From positions 61,752,293-61,784,933 of the forward strand of contig NC_068982.1 in the NCBI RefSeq assembly GCF_001194135.2: 32,641 nt of DNA, read 5' to 3'. The translations under genes and the position numbers were made by a program. How positions within the stretch are numbered: position 1 is the first letter of the stretch; each line of letters begins with the position of its first letter. Positions 10,861 through 20,182 of the stretch are shown piece by piece. Source of the stretch: Octopus bimaculoides (Eukaryota). A model generated the notes under the pieces. The model was not told the origin of the DNA. It worked only from the letters and a program-made list of their open reading frames with translations, and searched no databases.

Positions 10861-12414
10861 CAAGGGTAAAAAATATCAGATACTGGATCTGTAGATCACA
10901 TTCAAATGTTTGATCAGTCAACCGCTACCATTAGGCCTTCTAAATCATGGTTGGTGGGTGGCGGCAAGTATGAACTCAATATTTTTTACTCTGATCAAAG
11001 TTTTATTTTAAACAGAAGTATATGATGGAAACACTTCATTCACACCAATTTTGTTTATATTTGTATATGTGCTCACACACTTTCTATAGCTTACTGCTAT
11101 CAATTTTAAAGTAGATTTTTTATTATCACTTTTAAGCCTTAAGCTGTAATGGCCAACAGATTTCTTTCTATGTAGTGCAACATATACAAATAAAAACAAC
11201 AACAAAAAGCAAAAAGTATCTTTAGGCTAAAATTATAGGTTTTATTCTTTTTATAGTACATTTATTTTGATATGTAAAAGGTGTAGAACATGATTTTTAC
11301 TAACACAAATAATGACACAAAATGTTTATAAATGACTTCTATGCTATTAATTTATATATGGTCTGCTAAGCCAATTACTGGCTGCTATATGGAAAAAACA
11401 TAAATTGCATTTCACTCCCACTTTCTCCCTCTCATTCTCTCACTATATGTTATATGTATGTATATATGTGTGTGAGTGTACGTGTGTGTTTATGTATCTT
11501 TTGATCTTTATATATTTCATATATACACATATGTGTATGCATGTGTGTAGCTATATGTGTGTATCCTGAAAATGAATTTACTTGAACAAAAATAGAGTAC
11601 TCGAAATGAGTGAAGCGTAAAATATATATTTTGGTTTTGCCAGTATTAGAGTAACGCATCTTTACTAATAGTTTCATGTTTGAGCTAACAACTCAAGCTA
11701 ACTTTGAATGATATAAACCAATGATCTTCCGTGTTAAATATAAAGTCATTGAATATACAGATAGTTTTCAGTCATGCACTGTGACACTGAGGTGTTATAA
11801 GGTGCACAAATCTTTGAAAGATTTCATGTGTTGTTTCAAACAATTGCTGATGTAATTTATTGAGTTTCTTTTCAGTTGTACACAATTACAACCTTTTTTA
11901 CAATAAATATATAATTGATCTGTTTGATTTTCCACTTGAGGATAATCATGGATTTTTAAATGTCAAATGTTAAACAGTGATGTTCTCTTCTCTTCTGTTC
12001 CCTTAAAATCCACAATGTCAATATAGTGCTTATGCTCTTAGGAGCAGTTGAATAAAAAAAATAAGTATTGATAATGTTTTGGTTCAATATTTTGCAGTTG
12101 TTTATTTTATTTTGAGAGAAAGGTTTTTTAATAAATTAAATGATATTTTTGCTATAATATTTGAGTGTGTATAATGTCAGAGGTCATCAACTTTAGGATA
12201 GGCTAGTGTGCAGAATATCAGATAATACAAATATTGATGATAAACAGAAAACAGGTATGGTAGCTAATGCTTTATAGGACATACTCCCATTTCAGTGAAA
12301 TGCTGTATTACATAACACTTATAGAAACCTTTGTGCAATCTTGCACTTCGCCTAATCAGTGTTCTGTAATCTTTGGTCACATGCTTTACTTCATAGTTTC
12401 TCTCTCTCTCTTTT

Positions 12415-12492
<78 letters not shown>

Positions 12493-12505
12493 ATTATATA
12501 TATAG

Positions 12506-12942
12506 TAAGAACTTTGTTTCCTTACCACCTGACTCTGGGGTCTAGTCCCATTGTGGACAAATGTCTTCTACTATAGCCTCAAGCTGACCAAAGCCGTGTG
12601 AGTGGATTTGGTAGACAGAAACTGAAAGAAGCCCATCCCATAAATATATATATACCCATGTTAGCATAGAAGGCAGATGATAAATGAAAATGATGATGAT
12701 AGATATATATATATCTGTGTGTCTGTGTTTGTTTCCCACTAGTGCTTGACAATTGGTGTTGGTATATTTACATTCCTGTAACCTAGCAGTTTGGCAGATG
12801 AGATTGATAGAATAAGTGCCAGGCTTTAAAACGAAAGGATGAGTACTGGGGTTGATTTGTCTGGGTAAAATTTTTCAAGGTGGTGCTCCTGCATGGCCAG
12901 AGTGTAATGATTAAAACAATCAAAAGATAGAAGATAAAAGAT
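12506..12942 (+). mobile_element. SINE family B, diverged copy
   Basis: aatgtcttctactatagcc..gtgagtggatttggtagacagaaactgaaagaagccc..gcttgacaa..ggggttgatttg..aaaagata. Confidence 0.8.
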
Positions 12943-13625
12943 ATGTAAGTGTGGCAGAGCAAATAATATAATTAAAATTCAATACTTGAGTGTGTGTGTG
13001 TGTGTGTACATATATATATGTATATATGTAATATTAATAGTTTCTTATTAGGAAACTAATAGATTTTATACAGGGCCACAAGGAGAAGTACTCAGAATAA
13101 TTGAGACGAGTAAAATATTAGTTATAGAATAAAAACGTCAGGTTAACGACTCAACATACCACACTCGCTCAATGATCACATATAAGAAATACAACATAAT
13201 CCACCAAACATAAGGAATAACAGGATATAATAATAACGTAAGAAAAATAAAATAAATAAAAGAATAAGAAATATATAAGAAGTAAGATGCAAGATATAGA
13301 ACATATAATATAAAAATTTATACACAAATATATTATTTCAGCCGATAACATACAAATAAACTAAGAATAATAAATTTGAGTTAAAGGTATAACATAATAT
13401 ACATATATATCATTTCATAAAAGTTCCAAATCAAGTTAAAGTTAAAATTAATACGATTAAAAATTCAAATATATAATATAGATCGATATAAAATAAAATA
13501 AAGAAATGAGGTAAAACAAAATAGTCTATCGTTTAAAATCAATGACAAAACTTTAAAATGATTTAACATTATTTAGAGTTAAAATATAAAATTCTATACT
13601 TCCCTCGGGTATATTTTATAATTTA

Positions 13626-13886
13626 AAACAGCAGACATCAATAGGTAAGTCCGTATCAGTTTAGTATACACAAGAGATCACAAAAACACGGCTCAAAGGT
13701 AAATACAAACACCCAGCAGGTATCAACATGTAAAATCCATTTCTGCTCACCATGTCCAAAAGTTCACAAAACACATGGGTCAAAAGACAAATACAGCACC
13801 CAGCAGGTATCAATCGGTAAAATCCATTTCAACCACCATTTATAAGAGTTCACAAAAAACATGGGTCAAAAAACAAATACAGCACC
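13626..13886. repeat. Tandem repeat, three ~84-87 bp units
   Basis: cacc(cagcagg) recurs at 13710, 13797 and 13883 (periods 87 and 86). A more diverged first unit starts at about 13626. Confidence 0.85.
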
Positions 13887-13966
13887 TATGGCCATTTCGT
13901 GGGGTTCAGCACTGTATTCTAAACACAATAGAGTGCAAACTGGTGATGACCCCCCTCGTCAAGGTA
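13883..13966 (-). ncRNA. Type I hammerhead-ribozyme-like motif (PLE type, palindromic stem III)
   Basis: Minus strand: UACC-UUGACGA-GGGGGGUCA..GCACUCUAUU(GUGUUUAG)AAUACAGUGC-UGAACCCCAC-GAAA-UGGCC-AUA-GGUG. Stem I is UACC/GGUG, stem III is the palindrome AUGGCCAU, and the triplet is AUA. The core has U instead of the conserved C3. Confidence 0.6.
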
Positions 13967-14184
13967 AAATTACACACAAATGTCAAGACATGCACAAAAG
14001 GAAAAATTAATTTTTTTTCATATTAGAGCAAGTTTATATAGCCAATATGGACCAGCCCTAGACAAGCCTATGCAAATAATGGAAGAAAAAAAAAATCTAT
14101 TTTAGACTAGTCAAACAGGGCTGCAGTATCTAACTCAATCTTCCAGGTTTCAAATCATCCTAACGTAAACTATTATACTTGTTA

Positions 14185-14751
14185 CTATCTATTGTTTTTA
14201 TATTTATTTTTCTTTCTATATAGTTTCAAGAAGGTGGAGGAAAACTTATGGTTGCAGAAGGGGATTACTTCAGTGAACTTATTTAAGGTTTTAGGTCCAA
14301 AAGACCTGAGAATCGCAAGGGATTCTCTAATACACAATGAGCATTTAGTAATATTTGCCTTAAAGTAGAGGGCTCTCAATATAATCGACCATTCAAGAGA
14401 GTACTTTTTATTCTTCTTCTTGAGGTCATGTAAATAAGAGGCGAGTGTAGTAGAGTTACAGTATTTTTTATTTGAAAACGAACTCATATGCACTCTATAC
14501 CTAGCCTTAAAATCCACCGTGCTTCCTATATAAAACTTATCCAGTTTGTCCTCGTCTCTGACAATGCATTTATATACAACGTTTGTACATAGACAGAACC
14601 CGCCACGAGGACATAATAGAGGGTCTCTACAAATTCAGAATTTACTTTGGTCACCCCTAAATTTATTAAATTTATTAAGTGTCATAGCCTTTTTCTGGCA
14701 CTTAGGTTCACTGCCAGAAGCCTTAGAAAGTGTAGGGCATTTGGGTGGCAT
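14185..14751 (-). CDS. GIY-YIG endonuclease of Penelope-like-element type, 188 codons with one in-frame TGA (14635-14637)
   Basis: MPPKCPTLSK..SKF[TGA]ICRDPLLCPRGGFCLCTNVVYKCIV..FYIGSTVDFKARYRVHMSSFSNKKYCNSTTLASYL..WSII..KCSLCIRESLAIL..LNK..FCNHK. One frame from ATG 14751 to TAG 14185 with no frameshift. Coding status (pseudogene versus Sec readthrough) is unresolved. Confidence 0.8.
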
Positions 14752-14980
14752 CTTAGGGCTTTAATAACACACCATGAAAACCACAGCGCTCAACAAAATA
14801 CTGCAGATAGCTACTGGTTGCAGTTTTTCCAAAAAAAAAAAAGAACCTACAAAAAAAATCTTTATTGTGTCTAATATGTGCATACCACCAATGGGAGATT
14901 GAGCAGAGATTAAAAATAATCATGGTTTTGAAAAATTTAGTTTGTATTACCACTAGATACAGTAATCTATACTATAATAA

Positions 14981-14984
<4 letters not shown>

Positions 14985-15022
<38 letters not shown>

Positions 15023-15055
15023 AGAGAGAGAGAGAAAAAGAGAGAGGGAGAGAGA
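14985..15055. repeat. (GA)n microsatellite
   Basis: Directly visible. Confidence 0.95.
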
Positions 15056-15434
15056 CCAGCAAGTAACCTAATTTCAATGAGGCTATATTGGCTCACAACC
15101 ATAAAAATTATCCTGTTGAAATAAACAATGTGCATGATCAAATGTAACGATGATTTAAAAAAAGCGCTGGTATAAAATTAATATCCAGTCTCATGGTGTA
15201 TATATCTTTGATCTGTCATCACTAGCCCAAGTAATACTGGTGTGATACTCTGTATGTATGTATATGTATATATATATAAAAACAATATATGAGTATATGC
15301 ATATATATGTACATGTATGTACATACCTTCATCTACATGTACATATAGATACATAACTGGGTACATGACGTGGCAAAAGAACATGGACAAAATGATAAAC
15401 AAGGTACAACAAACAAGCAAGCCACATAGAAACA

Positions 15435-15479
15435 TCTCCTTCATCAGCTGCCACCATTAAAACACCGGCGTTTCGAAGA
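15435..15479 (-). ncRNA. Hammerhead-like motif, permuted order with weak stem I
   Basis: Minus strand: UCUUC-GAAA-CGCCGGUGUU-UUAAUGGUGGCAG-CUGAUGA-A-GGAGA. GGAGA/UCUUC can form stem II and stem III is near-palindromic. Stem I pairs poorly. Confidence 0.4.
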
Positions 15480-16080
15480 ATTAAAGCAGTACGCATCGTT
15501 NNNNNNNNNNNNNNNNNNNNNNNNNNNNNNNNNNNNNNNNNNNNNNNNNNNNNNNNNNNNNNNNNNNNNNNNNNNNNNNNNNNNNNNNNNNNNNNNNNNN
15601 NNNNNNNNNNNNNNNNNNNNNNNNNNNNNNNNNNNNNNNNNNNNNNNNNNNNNNNNNNNNNNNNNNNNNNNNNNNNNNNNNNNNNNNNNNNNNNNNNNNN
15701 NNNNNNNNNNNNNNNNNNNNNNNNNNNNNNNNNNNNNNNNNNNNNNNNNNNNNNNNNNNNNNNNNNNNNNNNNNNNNNNNNNNNNNNNNNNNNNNNNNNN
15801 NNNNNNNNNNNNNNNNNNNNNNNNNNNNNNNNNNNNNNNNNNNNNNNNNNNNNNNNNNNNNNNNNNNNNNNNNNNNNNNNNNNNNNNNNNNNNNNNNNNN
15901 NNNNNNNNNNNNNNNNNNNNNNNNNNNNNNNNNNNNNNNNNNNNNNNNNNNNNNNNNNNNNNNNNNNNNNNNNNNNNNNNNNNNNNNNNNNNNNNNNNNN
16001 NNNNNNNNNNNNNNNNNNNNNNNNNNNNNNNNNNNNNNNNNNNNNNNNNNNNNNNNNNNNNNNNNNNNNNNNNNNNNNNN

Positions 16081-16364
16081 ATTTTCGAGCGAGATCGTTG
16101 CCAGTGCCCCTGGACTGGCTCTTGTGCGGGTGGCACATAAAATACACGATTTTGAACGTGGCTGTTGCCAGTACCGCCTGACTGGCCTTCGTGTGGGTGA
16201 CACGTAAAAGCACCCACTACACTCTCTGAGTGGTTGGCGTTAGGAAGGGCATTTAGCTGTAGAAACTCTGCCAAATCAAATTGGAGCCTGGTGTAGCCAT
16301 CTGGTTTCACCAGTCCTCAGTCAAACCGTCCAACCCATGCTAGCATGGAAAGCAGACGTTAAAC

Positions 16365-16406
<42 letters not shown>
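16081..16406 (+). mobile_element. Family C repeat 3' end with (GAT)14 tail; RTE-associated tail or SINE
   Basis: Internal repeats of gtggcacataaaa/gtgacacgtaaaagcacc, core ttaggaagggcat..gctgtagaaactctgcc, ending gttaaac(gat)14 at 16365-16406. Homologues at 4095, 7790, 23870 and 24530. Confidence 0.8.
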
Positions 16407-16408
<2 letters not shown>

Positions 16409-17530
16409 ACGACTCCATGAATATGCAGTGGTTTCTGCAAACAATTATTAGTTTTGTGAATAACCAGGACTGCATATGCTGAACTCCAAATAAGTGGGAG
16501 TACACTGTAATACCTATACACACACACATATACATATTTGCATAAGTCTATATTTGTGTTTTGTCTAGATATACAAATCTGTATTTTATACTTATATATG
16601 TGTGTATGTGTATCAGTGTACATCTATGTGTGTGTATATGTTTGTGTAAGTGTTGCATATATATGTGAATGATAGAGTGTGTGCATTGTATTCATTTCTT
16701 TTCTTGATAAACATACATTTCTTCATTTAGTTAGCTATATTTTTCACAACATGTTACTCATTAAATTTATCTTGTAAATTTGCATATTATCCAATCTAAA
16801 ATAATACCATGTTACCACTTGAACCTTGAATGCTTTTAGTGGAATCCATTCTATTACAGGCATACAGGCTAGGTCTTTTAGTCCAAAAGGTGGCTTCCTA
16901 CCTTCTTGAAGCATGTCTTGAAGGCCCTGTGAAAGGTTATAAGGATTGCTCTATCTTCCATTGTCTAAGTCTCAATTTCACACAAACTTCCAGCAAGAAC
17001 TAATTGTTCCTTTGTACTCTTAAATTACATATTAGTACATTTACATAAACATATATATTCCTTTGTTTTATGATAAGACCTAACAGCTATTAGTAACTCA
17101 ATCTGCATAACATTTAATCTCCAATACTCTAAGCACATGATTACAATCCTGGAAAGAAAAATGTGTTTTATTTCTTCATGTACTTTATAAAATTCATAGT
17201 CATCTCCTAAAAAGTATACTCTGCTGTATTTCTGGTGTATTTCAGATATTGTAACAAACTAATATGCTTACTACTTCACTTTCTTTATACTAATTCGCCT
17301 ACTTCACTTATTTAAATCTCACTTTATACTATTTAAATTATTGTACATGTATCAACCTTTACCATTATCTACAATAAATCCAAATTTTTAAATATCTCTA
17401 TATCAATATATGAATATTTGTGTAAATGTCAATGTTTTGCCAGCATACACACAAGCACGCATGCTCGCACGCACACACATGTATAAGAAAATGAGATGAC
17501 AAAAGAATAAATGATTATCTTATGAACATT

Positions 17531-17611
17531 AGCTTGCAACTGTTTCTGCTATAAGATGCAGTGGACTTATAGTAGAGTGCCTGAGTAACAGTTTATAGCT
17601 TCATCAGAGCC
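17531..17611 (-). ncRNA. Decayed type I hammerhead-like motif
   Basis: Minus strand: GGCU-CUGAUGA-A-GCUAUAA..UUAUAGC-A-GAAA-CAGUUGCA-AGCU. Perfect 7-bp stem II and 4-bp stem I. Stem III looks like a mutated ACAGCUGU palindrome, and the triplet is now GCA. Confidence 0.55.
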
Positions 17612-17652
17612 TCAAATAAGTAGTCCAATCCATCCATCCATCCATCCATCCA

Positions 17653-17697
<45 letters not shown>

Positions 17698-17714
17698 GTG
17701 CATGTGTATATATT

Positions 17715-18545
17715 AATTGACATGGAAGCATTCTGTAAAATGTTCTTCATATCTAATTAATACAAATTGACCTTCTCTGCCCAACACTTTAGAAGGACCA
17801 TGCCATCCTATAAAATTCTATGGTTTGTAATAAATCTAGTCACCAGCTACAAAATCTTCATCAGCATAACTCCTCACTGTTCTCCTTATCTTTTCAATAG
17901 CTTCAGCTTTCTTGAAATTCATTCTTGTTGTATGAAAAGCAAAGTTGCATATATATGTATGTGTGTGTATATGTTTGCGTGTCTGTGTTTGTCCCGCCAA
18001 CATCGCTTGACAACCGATGCTGGTGTGTTTACGTCCCCGTAACTTAGCGGTTCAGCAAAAGAGACCGATAGAATAAGTACTAGGCTTCCAAAGAATAAGT
18101 CCTGGGGTTGATTTGCTCGACTAAAGGCGGTGCTCCAGCATGGCCACGGTCATATGACTGAAACAAGTAAAAGAGTAAAGAGAGTAATTGTAGAAATTCA
18201 TCACATCAGAAAGTTTTACTTTTCTGAACTAAGGACACCGGTTTTTTCCTTTGAAGGATGAGCAAATTGTTGGTAAAGTTTCTCAGCATTCTTCCTCTTC
18301 TCAGCTCTTGAACACTGTCTTAAATTTCTCACATATAATACAATACTTGATATTTTATAATTTTCCAACACCTTGTTAGTTAAAGGAATACAGTAGTGAC
18401 CTGATGATGTGGTTTTCAGCTTCACAGATTAACCCCAAATCCAATCACAATCATTTTCAAAATCCTACACCATTCCACTAGTTTTCATAGATACATGATT
18501 TAAAAAAAAGAGATAAACCAATCTTCATAATATCAGCTTCAATAT
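17715..18545 (-). mobile_element. Ty1/copia-like LTR retrotransposon pol relic with the integrase core deleted
   Basis: EADIMKIGLSLFL..SMKTSGMV*DFEND..VKLKTTSSGHYCIPL..AEKLYQQFAHPSKEK (protease end and pre-integrase region) at 18545-18200. Then KAEAIEKIRRTVRSYADEDF..GD*IYYK..GWHGPSKVLGREGQFVLIR (post-integrase region) at 17940-17730. Confidence 0.65.
17950..18184 (+). mobile_element. SINE family B, 5'-truncated; least decayed copy
   Basis: Same 3' half as 10218-10452 but retains many CpGs (catcgcttgacaaccgatg, acgtccccgt). Confidence 0.9.
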
Positions 18546-18557
18546 ATGCTCTGACAA

Positions 18558-18762
18558 AGGTGATGAGCTGGCAGAATCATTAGCATGCCAGGCAAAATGC
18601 TTAGCAACGTTTCATCTGTCTTTACATTCTGAGTTCAAATTCTGCCAAAATTGACTTTGCCTTTCATCCTTTCAGGGTTGATAAAATAAGTACCAGTTGA
18701 CGTAATCGACTTAACCCCTCTCCCCTGAAACTGCTGGTATTATGCCAGAATTTGAAACCAAT
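18558..18762 (+). mobile_element. tRNA-derived SINE family A, near full length
   Basis: A-box-like tggcagaatc at about 18569 and B-box-like gagttcaaat at 18631-18640. Homologous to 1372-1554 and 30324-30750. Confidence 0.82.
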
Positions 18763-18849
18763 ATGTGCCCTGACACACACTGCAATAACTGAAAATTTGA
18801 CCATCTTCATACACATTTTTTTTTGTCATTCCATTACAGAAACAAATTA

Positions 18850-20182
18850 GCATGGTTCTAATGTTGTCCTGATGCAGGAAGTCCATGGTGATCCTGGCCA
18901 TGTAGGAGGAAGCATTGTTCTGCTGGAACATGTAGCTATGGTGATGTGTGAAGAAATGTACGATGTGAGGTAACTTGCACATAAAAACCACCATTCAAAT
19001 GTTGGACAATGTGCCATGCTTGAGAAGACTTGTCAAACCAAGTGAAATTGTAGTTGTGGCCAATGCCAGTATTGTATAGCTGGCACCCATGCCAGTAGCA
19101 CGCAAAAAGCACCTTTCGAACTTTGGGCTTCACAGAGGCAGGGACAAGTGACCAAGATCTTTGGCGATATACCATGCTTGAGAAGATTTGTCAAGCCAAG
19201 TGAGATCGTAGTTGTGGCTTATGGCCAGTGTTATGTAATGTAGCGCTGCACTGTGATGCCATTCCTTCTACCTGTACCAACATTTTGGAACACATGGAGC
19301 CCAGTTCTCTGATTCAAGCCTATAGCACCCCAAACCATGATGCATTGGCCACCTCACATGTCTCTCTCCATGACACATGCGTCTCTGTAGCGTTCACCTT
19401 CTCTTACGCCACACCTTCACTCTGCCATCCAAGGTAGAAACGCTGTATCATTTCTTGTCAGAGAAAACTATCGATCTCCATTATTGATACCACCAATGTT
19501 GGTGCTGTGTAGCCCACTGTAGTCATGCCTGATGGTGGCAGATGGTGAAGTTGTTGGCGGTCAGTTGATGTCGTACCATGTCGTCGCTGATGGGTTGCTG
19601 TCCAATGCCAATGGTCTCACAAGCTGTCACGCTGGCTAGTCTGAAGCAATCACGGAGGTGTTGCAGGTGGATGAAATGGTCTTGCCTGAGCGTGGTCTCC
19701 CGGGGGTACCCTCTGCAGGCATGGTCTACAGTGCTGTTGGTGTTGTTGTATCACTGTTGCGGGTGATAGATGGTGCTGACATGGACATTGTAAGCTTCTG
19801 TAACAACCAGGACATGCTGCCCTACTTGCAATCAGCCGATAGCTTGTTCTCTCTGCACTGCTGACAACTGGGCATAATTGCGTCCAAATTACGAATGCCA
19901 GGAATGTGGTTAAAGTTGATTTTTATACTCATAACTTCCATGAGATGCACATGCATAAAAGTTTTCATGGCAATTGTTTGCAACTGTCACCCATGGCATT
20001 CAACGCAGCTGTGTTTTGGTTTTTCATTTCAGGGAAAGTTGAAAGGTTACCTGTGATTTGGGTCTCAGCCATAAACCAGCATATCTTGGAATATTTACAC
20101 TTACATCCCCAAAATAAATTCTCAGAATTTACCACATAAAAATGTCATTTGAAAAAAATCACATTTCTTTTGCGGTTCAGTG
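18850..20182 (-). mobile_element. 3'-truncated Tc1-like DNA transposon with decayed transposase (ATG at 19875) and one TIR
   Basis: MPxLSAVQREQAIG..YNVHVSTI..GYPRETTLRQDHFIHLQHLRD..VFSD..DGRVKVWR..ERYRDACVMERD..IMVWGAI..GITVQRYI, then LPHIVHFF..MFQQNNA..ARITMDFL. The end reads TA|CACTGAACCGCAAAAGAAATGTG on the minus strand (20184-20160). Confidence 0.88.
18978..19236 (+). repeat. ~260-bp insertion of 1.6 copies of a 158-bp unit, interrupting the Tc1 ORF
   Basis: ccatgcttgagaaga..tgtcaa.ccaagtga.at.gtagttgtggc occurs at 19014 and 19172. It shares the gcac.taaaaa.cacc motif with family C. Confidence 0.75.

Noticed and set aside
13626-13886. CRISPR-like interpretation of the tandem units
   Set aside because: Whole units are homologous with no unique spacers, the context is eukaryotic, and there are no cas genes.
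13967-14184. SECIS candidates in the GIY-YIG 3' UTR (ATGA at 14158-14155 and near 14015 on the minus strand)
   Set aside because: By eye neither ATGA forms the ~11-bp helix II with a downstream GA at the canonical distance. A SECISearch3 run is still needed.
18398-18430. cCTGATGAtgtg..caca on the plus strand, resembling a hammerhead core
   Set aside because: No GAAA follows, and it is the antisense of the copia KLKTTSSGHY coding segment.
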